From Azolla caroliniana (taxonomy: Eukaryota > Plantae > Polypodiophyta), in the NCBI GenBank assembly GCA_043228905.1, contig JBHGNT010000003.1, forward strand, positions 19,716,001 to 19,780,000: a stretch of DNA of 64,000 bases, written 5' to 3'. The notes beneath the pieces are model-generated. The model was not told the origin of the DNA, searched no databases, and saw only the letters and a program-made list of their open reading frames with translations. Of the stretch, positions 50,784 through 60,400 are shown piece by piece. The position numbers were made by a program, and so were the translations under genes. The stretch's first letter is position 1. Each line of letters starts with the position of its first letter.

Positions 50784-53700
50784 ACGCTGCGCTTTATTCA
50801 AGACCTGCAGCTGGTCAACAAGGTGACCATTCGAAACGCAGGAATCGGACCGACAATAGACGAGTTCGCAGAGGCCTTCGCCGGAAGGTCGATTTACTCG
50901 GTCGGTGATCTCTACTCGGGGTACGATTAGTTCCAGCTAGCCATAGAGAGCAGAGACATCACGACAATGCGAACTCCTCTCGGCCTAGTACGGATGTGTA
51001 CCCTACCGCAAGGAGGGACGAACTCAGTGGCTCACATGGTGAACGCAATGAACAAAGTGCAGAGGGATTGTATCCCGGACATCACCATGCCGTTTCTGGA
51101 CAACGTCTCGATCAAGGGATGCCCGGTGGAGGAAAAGGACGAGACGATCGGACCGGACGGGTGCCGGAAATTCGTGGCGACGCACATCAATGACTGCGAG
51201 AAGGTGCTACGGAGGTTGGAGGACGCGAGGCTCACCTTCTCCGGGGGAAAATCGGCCTTCGGGCAAGCAGAGATCATGGTCGTAGGACACCTATGCGGGT
51301 CGTACGGCTGGAAACCATCTCCGGCTAAGGTAGAAGCCATCTCCGCGATGAAGGATGACTGTAGCTCGGTCACGGAGGTTCTTGGGAGCGTGCACGTTCT
51401 ACCACATATGGGTCCCACATTACGCTCACGTCGCAGAGCCGTTATACGGGTTGCTGAAAAAGGGGCGAAGATTCGAGTGGAGAGTTGAGCATACGGAGTC
51501 TGTCCGGAAGATGAAGGAAGCACTTGCTGCGGCTCCAGCGCTCCGAAAGGCTGTCTACGGAAAGAGCACTCCAATTTACGTAACGGTAGACACGAGTTCG
51601 ACCGGGATCGGATGGGTCATCAACCAGGAGGACGAGGACGGCATGCGTTCCCCGATCCAGTTCGGTGCGAAGGTCCTCAGCGAGCGACAACGAGGATACG
51701 CCTAGGTTAAACGCGAGCTCTGGGGTATCGTTTCGGCGGTAAAGGCCGATAAAGACTACCTGATCGGGGCAGAGGTAATTATCGAGACGGACTGCCAGCC
51801 AATTCTTGGCATGGTTTCCGGATGCGCGACACCGGACCTGGCAATGCTCAAGTGGATAGCGTACATCAAGTCCCTGAATCCGGAAATACGACACATTTCC
51901 AGGAAAGACAACGCCATGGCCGACATGCTTTCAAGGGCGAGGTTCGAAAACGACGACGGCATGGTTTCAGAGGACGAGGAAGTCGGCGTGGACTTCTTTG
52001 AGGCAGCTTACGTGACAACCAACGGGGAATGCTCTCCAACACTTAACGACTTGGACGAGAGCAAGTACGACGGGGAGTGGTTGCAGATCGGCGGCTTCCT
52101 GAAAACAATGACACCGGACGCGGCATGGACAACGGACGAGGCCAACTGGATTCGGAAGAAAGCCTACCGATTGTTTCTCCGGGACGGATACATCTGGAAG
52201 CACCCGAAGAAGAGGAACGACATCCTGCTCCGAGTGGTGGCGAAGAAGGGGGAACAGGAGGATTTGCTGGCGGCGTACCACGATAGCCCGTGGGCTGGAC
52301 ACCGTGGAACGTGGGCCACGTTCGAAAAACTAAAGGGGAAGTACTGGTGGCCGGGACTATAGCGGGACGTGCATCGGTTCGTGACGACTTGCGGAAGCTG
52401 CCAGGTGCACTCCATGATCCGACACCGGGACGAGCTTCACCCGACCTACCCTCCGACTGTCCACTTCAAGTGGATGGTGGATTTGGTGACGATGCCAATG
52501 GGGGTTGGACAGATGCGGTATCTGGTGCTGGCTCGGGAAGATCTAACGAACCAGGTTGAAGGCCGAGCCCTGCAGAACAAGACGACGGCAGCCGTGTGCT
52601 GGTTTTTGATTGAGGACGTGGTATGCCGTTACGGGTGCGTAGGGAAGATCGTGGCTGACCGTGGTGAATTGGACGCAGAAGAGGCCGAAGAGCTGTTCGA
52701 CCGGTTAGGAGTCAAACTTTCGCTCACCACAGCGTACAATCCGGAGGCAAACGGGAAGGTGGAGCGCGGACATGGGCCAATTGTCAAAGCGCTAGTATAG
52801 GCGTGTGGAGGCCGAGTCGGGGACTGGCCACGGCTGCTACCTTATGCCTTGTGGGCGGACCGGACTACGCACATTTCGGTAACCGGGTTCATGCCGGCCG
52901 AGCTGATGTTCGGACAGAAGCCGATCATGCCAACAGAGCGAATGATCTCCTCGTGGGCCACGGTGGACTGGAGGGATGAGATGAGCCGGGAGGAACTGTT
53001 GGCGGCGCGGAATCGACAGCTCGAGCGGAGGCCGGAGGACGTAGAGCGAGCCGCGGAGAAACTTCGAGTAGCGAGGATAAGGAACAAAGCCTGGTTCGAC
53101 CGAACACACCGGTCCAGGCCAAGGAAGATCGAGGAAGGCGACTAGGTGCTAGTCTACGACAACAGCCTCGACAATCAGCACAGGGCCACGCGGAAGTTTG
53201 CGAGGAGGTGGTTCGGGCCTTACGTAGTAACAGGCGCCAACGGCAATGGGACGTACCATCTCGTGGAGCTCGACGGTACGAGAATGGCGATATTGGTAGC
53301 GGGGAAGAGGATCAAAGCGTTCAAGAAACGGCACGACGGGGAGTCGGGGCCAGGAGGCATGGACAGCGATGACGAGCAGCCCGAGGCGGAGGATGAACTG
53401 GTAAACGAGGAATAAAAGCAAGGATCGGTTTTCTCCTGTAGGAACCCAATTTTGACGCATACCGGTGGATGCGTGGTTAGGTGGGGGCGGATGTCGTGAA
53501 GAAAACCGTCCCCAGGCGCAAACCATGTATAATGTGTGTGAACCGGCCCTTACACGTGGGCACGTCCCTTGTCGTAAAGTAGATAGGTAGGCACAAAGGT
53601 TAAATCCTAGGTAGCAATATTCTGTAAGGTAAATCGAGGAGTATCTCTGTCCGAAAGGACAGAGAATTAATGTGATGTAAACGGGTGAAACGGTCTCCCT

Positions 53701-54408
53701 CCTTGAGCAATAAAGGAGAGGGAGACGAGGGAGAGAGGGTATCGCGCGCTAGAGGGAACGAAGTGTTGTCGGACTGGGACCGAGCTCTTCTTCTCTATCG
53801 TTCTCCATAGTTTCTTTTGCGCAGGTTCTCAGGAGGCTGATTCTGCTCCGTGGAACGCTTGTGTGCTTCCGGCAGAATCTCCATCTTGCTCTCCTGTGTG
53901 CATGGGTGATCAGGCGTCGGCATCCACCTCGCCGACCTGATCGGCTGTAACCGTTTGAGTCGTCTGCATACTTACGAATACATGCCTATTCTTACATACA
54001 TACTCTAGTGTTCTCAACTCGTGTATCCTGTGTTGTTGTGCCGCGTCCCCGTGCGCTTCTTTGCCTATACGTGAGTGAGCGTCTCTTTCTCTTTCTCTCT
54101 CTCTCTCTCTCTCTTACTTTCCTCACCTACTCCTCGGTCCAAGACCCCAGTGGTCCCGCCTTGTTCTCCATGCACACGCGTAGGAATGCGACACCGCTAG
54201 ATTTAATGTTAGGTTGTTTCTCTTATTCTTACTTCGTTCTAGGGTTTAGGGTTTCTTTTCTTTTTTGTTATTAACCGTTCGGTTGTAGCAAGGAGTGCGG
54301 GCGACTTTGTGATATAGTGAATAATGTAATAGTAAAAGAAGAGATTCTAAGCAGAGAGAGAGAGAGAGAGAGAGAGACTCAATAAGTTTTCATTAAAATG
54401 AAAGGAAA

Positions 54409-54463
54409 GACCTTATGCAGCAAACTAGTTTCGCTCGCTTAGAGCTCATCAGTGCAAAAGGTC
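54409..54463 (-). ncRNA. Minimal type I hammerhead ribozyme
   Basis: Minus strand GACCUU-UU-GCA CUGAUGA GCUC-UAAGC-GAGC GAAA C-UA-G UU UGC-UGCAU-AAGGUC: complete catalytic core, 4-bp stem II, interrupted stem I and palindromic stem III. Confidence 0.85.
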
Positions 54464-54839
54464 ATGGAAATACAAATGGTGGTTTATATAGGATGTTGAG
54501 AATGGGGAAGGGAGGAGAAAGAGGGAAAGTATAATCATAGTGAGTGGGGTGTAATAAGAGTGTAAATAGATGGAAGGCTGTAAGGATTTAAGGTGGAAGA
54601 TCTTGATGATAGGGGGGGTGGTGATAAAGGGGGAAATGAGTTGGTGATAGGAGGATTGATAGGGGGTTAAGACAGATGAGTGACTGGGATATGGTGATAA
54701 GGGGAAATGAATGAGTGATAGGGTATGTAATTATAAGTAAATATAAGATGGTGAGAAGGTGAAAATTAAGGAAGGGAATAAGAAGGGAAAGGAAGGAAAA
54801 TGAAAAAGGAAGTTAGTAAGAGGTGGTGGGGAGAAGGTT

Positions 54840-55153
54840 TGAGGGGAACGAGGGAAGAGAGAGAGGGTATAAAAAGGTAGTGAGAGGTATAGGGGAGGGG
54901 GAAGGGAGAGAAAGAGAGAGAGAGAGGGAGAGAGAGAGAGAGAAATGGAATGAGTAAAGATATAAAATAGTAGTAAGGGGGAGAGAGAGAGAGAACTATG
55001 GATTTTAGTGAAACGTGTAGAAAAAGGTAGTGAGAGGTATAGGGGAGGGGGAAGGGAGAAGGGAGAAAAAAGGGGAGAGAGAACTATGGATTTTAGTGTA
55101 ATGTGTATAAAAAGGTAGTGAGAGGTATAGGGGAGGGGGAAGGGAGAGAGAGG

Positions 55154-55190
<37 letters not shown>

Positions 55191-55345
55191 AATGAGTGAA
55201 GATATAAAATAGTAGTAAGGGAGGGAGAGAGAGAGAGAGAGAGAAATATAGATTTTAGTGAAATATAAGGGAAAGATAGGGGAGTATAGATAGGAGGGAA
55301 GGGGAAAAAGGAGATGTGTGTGACTAGTAAATAGTAGTAAGGGGG
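54840..55345. repeat. Purine-rich imperfect tandem repeats in the PLE 3' region
   Basis: AAAAAGGTAGTGAGAGGTATAGGGGAGGGGGAAGGGAGA occurs three times (~54871, ~55021, ~55108). AAATAGTAGTAAGGG and GATTTTAGTG each occur three times, interspersed with (GA)n. Confidence 0.85.
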
Positions 55346-55395
55346 AACGAGGGAGGAACGAGGAAGGGGGATAGATGAAGGGTGAGAAAATATGT

Positions 55396-57099
55396 TTATG
55401 GGGGTTCTAAGATGTTTTTAGTTTTGACTAGAAAAGAGTGGAGGTTTTTGGATTTTGTCCAACAAATAATGGGTTTAGGGATATGTTGTAGTTGGGGATC
55501 TAATTGTAGGCTAGAGTGTAGGCTATTGAGCATTTCTTTGATAATTAGTGTGGGGGTATGGCGAGTATATCTAAGTTTAAAGATAGTGGGTGGGGTGGTT
55601 TTTTTAGTTTTTTCTTTGAAGAGGAGAGTGTGTCTAAGGGAGTAAGGGTGTTTTCTAAAGTTCTTTAGAATAAAATGCGTGGGATAACCTTGGGCCCTAA
55701 GTCTCGTAAAGAATTTCTTTTGCATATTTAAATAACTTAGGGATGTGCTTTCTCTAACCATATATCTTTTTAATTCATTCGAAACAAAACTATTTTTAAC
55801 ATGGAGAGGGTGATTGGAGGAATAAGGGATGTATTGATATGTATTAAGTGTTTTTTGAAAGCAATTAAAAGTGAATCTATTATTATCTAAGTTAATCCAC
55901 AAGTCTAAAAAGGGTAGTTTCGTGTAAGAAGTATGTATGGTTAGTTTGATAGAGTTTTGAGTAGTGTTACTATAGAAGTTTAGGTATTCGAAAAGTTGGG
56001 GTTTAGTACCAGTCCAAACGCCAAAGGCATCATCAATATACCTAGTGAAATAGAAAAGGTGGGGTGATGGATTGGAATTTTCTAGATATGAGAGGAAGAG
56101 ACATGCGTAGACAACGGAAAAATTACTGCCCATGGCTGTTCCTTTTACCTGTTGATAAATTTGGTTGTTGAATTTTAGGAAGTGGTATTCTAAAGTGAGG
56201 GCGCTAAGGGTATAAATCAAATTAGTTTTTTGGTTCGAAAAGTGGGGGGAAATAATATTTTTTAGGGCTAAAAGTCCTAGTTTTGGTGGGATGCTAGGGT
56301 AGAGTGATTCAACATCAAAAGAAAAAATGAAGCTATTGGGTGGTGTTATAAGTTGTTCTAAGGTTTGGACAAGGGAATGGGAGTCCCTAAGATATTGTTT
56401 TTGACATAGAAGTATAGGGAGGAGTTGGTGGTGAAGCCATTTAGACGTTTGTTCAAATAATGAACCATTATATGAGCAAATTGGTCTATAGCTAACAGGG
56501 GTTTTATGTACTTTTGGTAGGAATTACATATTAGGTACTGAGTAACCTTTAGGAGGTTTGTGTAGGATAAATTGTATTTCTATGAGAGACAAGATATTAA
56601 GGTTACGGTTGACTATGTCATGTAGTCGACTTAAAAGTTCTTCTAATGGGAGACTATTAACTTTTTTATATGTAGTGATGTCAGATAAATGTTCTAGGGC
56701 TTTATCTAGGTATGTTTTTTTATCGAGGACACAAACTCCGATGTTTTTGTCCGCTGGTAGGATGATTATTTGTTTGTTTTTTCTAAGGCTGGTTAGTGCT
56801 ATTTGGAGGTGTAGTGGTATTTTGGTATTAGGTAGTATATTATTATGGAGGTTTGTGGAGAGAGAGATATTGTGTTTATGGAGTATAGACTCTAATGGTG
56901 GATACTTAGTAGGAGGGTTCCAATTCGGGTTGGGTAGTTTGAAGGGATTAGAGGGGGGAGAGTTGAAGTCTTTAAAGAAATGTTTAAGTCTCAAGGATCT
57001 ACTAAGGTTTTGGTATTCTTGAAGAATGGATTGGTTAGTAGGTGGGGGGCAGGGGGGTATAAACTTAAGTCCTAGGTTTAAAAGTTTGATTTCTTGGTA
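55396..57099 (-). pseudogene. Penelope-like reverse transcriptase, one in-frame stop at 56524-56526, no C-terminal GIY-YIG
   Basis: LNLGLKFIP, ILPADKNIG, (stop)FLPKVHKTPVSYRPI, SFDVESLYPSIP, QVKGTAMGS, RYIDD, LPFLDL, SNHP, RLRAQGYP. All lie in one frame across the stop. Confidence 0.9.
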
Positions 57100-57485
57100 G
57101 TTTCTTTTCTTCTTCTTCATCTTCTTTGTCATCGTGTGGGTTGAGAGTTCGTGTCTGTTTAGGGTTTGCTTCTGCTCGGTCTCCTGTGCAAGACCCCGCT
57201 CGGCGTGACGAGCCTGAGAGCTCCCCGATCGGCAGCTTGGCATCAGACTGTTGTTGTAACCTACCCCACCTTGGTCCGGCTCGAAGACGGGGTTGTATCT
57301 TCCTCTTGTAATATATATATATGTTTGGTTTTGCACATCCGCGTCTCTGAAAGTGTTGGGTGTTTCTACCCCTTTTGTTTTCCGTGCATAAGAGTCGGTG
57401 TTGCGCGCAGTCTCTCTCTCACTCACGCTCTCGTGTTCGGTAGCCTCTGGTACGTGTCCGGAGTCGGTTTCTTGGCATCCCTCTC

Positions 57486-60400
57486 TGTTGAGAATTGACG
57501 CTTCTATTCACCTTCTTATCTCGGCCACAACCGATTAATCGCGGATCAATGGAGCAGAAAATAGGAAACACACGTAGAAACAAAACGAAGAAACGCGAGT
57601 ACACAAGGATTAACGTGGAAAACCCTAAACGGGGAAAAACCACGGGAGTACAAGACTCCAAACAACACTATACAGAGAAGTATACAATGACGAGCTCCAA
57701 GGCGACGACCTTGAGCTCGCTGTCCTCGCCACAGGCGGCGGAAATACACAGAGGCGTCTACCTCTTTCTCTCTCGCGCTCTCTCTCTTTCTCTCTCTCTC
57801 TCGGCTGCTCTCTCTTCACTCCTCTAAAGTGGAAAAACAGAAAAATGAGAAGCAACAACAAAACTGTTTGCCCTAAGTCATATTTATACTTATATGACTT
57901 TGGGCTATTTACAACTGTAGCCTCAGGGGCCCATAGCGAACATATTCACGGATATGTCCCTGCATCCGGATCGCTCTCCGGGTACACTCGTCATCCGGTA
58001 CCGAAACCGGGGTCTTCGTCATCCGGATCCGAAACCGAAACCGGGCTTGTCGGCATTCATCTCCGATATCCGACCATCCCATCCGAAAGGGACCGAAATC
58101 CCAACAAACTCCCCCTTCACTTCGGCATGGGATGTCTCTCCAATCCGATCCTCTTCCGGCATGCTTCCAGCTTGTCGGGTGTGAGCACCTTGGTCAGCAT
58201 ATCCGACCCGTTCTCGTCCGTGTGGATCTTCGTCAGCACGAACTCCTTGTCTTCTATCCTTTCCCGGATCCAGTGATATCTTCGCTGGATGTGCTTCGTC
58301 CGGGAGTGATAGGCCGCGTTCTTTGCAAGGTGGATTGCACTCTGACTGTCGCAGTAGAGTCGGTACTCCTCCTGCCGGATACCGAGCTCTCTAATGAAGT
58401 CCTTCATCCATATTATTTCCTTGCCGGCTTCAACAGCCGCCATGTACTCCGCCTCCGTGGTTGACAGCGCAACCGTCTTCTGCAGCCTCGACTGCCATGA
58501 AACAGCTCCCCCTGCATACGTCATCACATACCCTGATGTGGACCGGCTGGTATCTGCATCAGCCGACATATCCGAATCGGTAAAGCCGTCGAGTTCGGGC
58601 TTTCCGGAGCCGAATCGGAGGCACACGTTTGCCGTGCCCTTCAGGTATCGGAGTATCCACTTGGCCGCGTTCCAATGCTCTTTGCCGGGATTGCTCATGT
58701 ACCGGCTCACCACTCCGACTGCATATCCGATGTCCGGTCTCGTACACACCATGGCGTACATCAAGCTCCCGACGGCTGAGGCATACGGCACTTTCATCAT
58801 ATCCTCCTTTTCAGCCTTTGTCTTGGGACTTTGCTTGCTGGTCAGCTTGCAGTTTGCCGGGAGGGTCGATCCGACCGGTCTTGCTTCCGACATGTTGAAC
58901 CGTTGAAGCACCTTTGTCACGTACTTCTCCTGTGACAGCCACAACTGCTTCTTCTTCCGGTCCCGGATGATGTGCATCCCTAGTATTTGCCTCGCCGGAC
59001 CCAGGTCCTTCATTGAGAAGGTTCGGTGAAGAGCCTTCTTCAGCATCCGTATCTTGACCTGGTCCCGTCCGACGATCAACATGTCGTCCACGTACAGGAG
59101 GAGTATTAGAGAGTCTCCTCCTTCGAACTTCTTCACAAACACGCAGTGGTCGGACTGCGTTTTGAGGTACCCTTCGTCGGTCATGAAGGAGTCGAACTTC
59201 CGGTACCATTGCCGGGGAGCCTGCTTCAGTCCGTAAAGGCTCTTCTTCAATCGGCATACCAGGTGCTCCTTCCCTTTCTTCTCGAATCCTTCCGGTTGCT
59301 GCATGTAGATCTCTTCATCGAGGTCACCGTGAAGGAATGCCGTCTTCACGTCCATCTGTTCTACCTCGAGGTCCATGCTTGCCGCTATGCTCAGCACCGT
59401 CCGGATGGAGGTCATCTTCACTACCGGGGCAAATATCTCGTCGAAGTCGACGCCCTTCTTCTGCTGAAACCCCTTCACCACGATCCTGGCTTTGTATCTC
59501 GGGGGGTTTCCGGCATCTCCCGGTTTCAGCTTGAACACCCACTTGTTTCGCAGTGCCCGCTTTCCTTTCGGCAACTCCACAAGTTCATATGTGTGGTTCT
59601 CATGCAGGGAATCCATCTCGTCCTGCATGGCACTCAACCACCTGCGGCTCTGGGTGTCATGCTTTGCTTCTTCAAAGCTCTCCGGCTCCCCCTCGTCGGT
59701 TAGCAACACGTGCTCTGGTTCCGGAAATCTCCGGGGGGCCCTTCTCTCTCTTAGAGGGTATCTCCGTTCCGGAGCTTCGGTAACCGGTTCTTCCGATTCT
59801 TCTTCTTCATCCAAATCCATTTCGGGATCGGGGCCGGTTCCGGTATCATTTTCATCTTCTTCGGCCGGTTCTGTTTCTTCACCGTCTTCGGCCGGATCCT
59901 CGAGTGTTAACCGGTCCCTTGCCGGTCGGGACTGCTCCTCGTAGAGTTGATCCTCACCGATCGACTTGGAGCTCTTCATCTTCTTCTCCGACTCCCAGTC
60001 GGCGAGTGTCTTGTCCTCCATGAAGATGATGTCTCGACTCCTGAATATCTTCTTGTCGACCGGGTCCCATACTCGGTAGCCGAACTCGTCGTCGCCGTAA
60101 CCGAGGAATATGCATGGCCGGGTCTTAGGATCTAGCTTTCCTCTCCGGTCCTTTGCCACATGCACGTATGCGAGACACCCGAACACCTTCAGATGCCGGT
60201 AGGACACTTCCTTACCGGTCCACACTCTCTGCGGCGTGTCTCCGTCCAAAGGAACTGAGGGTGATCTGTTTATCACATATGTCGCCGTCGACATTGCCTC
60301 AGCCCAAAACCCCTTGGGTAATTTCGCATGCGCCAGCATACTCCGGACCCGCTCCATTATGGTCCGGTTCATCCTCTCGGCCAGCCCGTTCAGTTCCGGC

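Larger units (their letters stand above)
43912..53415 (+). pseudogene. Gypsy pol (RT-RNase H-integrase) of element C, interrupted by two insertions
   Basis: After removing 44704-50089 and 50151-50787 the frame reads ..ILEPSSAPYSNRWFTVPKKDGTLRFIQDLQ... Other motifs: LPQGGTNS, FLDNV, TVDTS, HDSPWAGH..CGSC, YNPEANGKVER, WFGPY. Confidence 0.9.
41086..54193 (+). mobile_element. Full-length but decayed Ty3/Gypsy element without chromodomain (element C); LTRs 41086-41779 and 53492-54193
   Basis: ~700-bp LTR pair with a perfect 4-bp TSD CCGC. PBS TGGTGAACCCGACGTGAA at 41784-41801, PPT at 53476-53491. Domain order gag-PR-RT-RH-IN. Confidence 0.95.
54263..57099 (-). mobile_element. 5'-truncated Penelope-like retroelement (PLE)
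   Basis: PLE-type RT, long pyrimidine-rich 3' region and hammerhead motif. Flanked by 12-bp direct repeat GTTTCTTTTCTT (54251-54262, 57100-57111). Confidence 0.88.

Noticed and set aside
49852-50784. 310-aa and 235-aa minus-strand ORFs
   Set aside because: They span a solo LTR, an RT fragment and a Copia LTR, so they are chance open frames.
56524-57426. 300-aa ORF as the true N-terminus of the PLE protein
   Set aside because: The first ~109 codons are antisense host-LTR sequence beyond the TSD at 57100, so the fusion is accidental.
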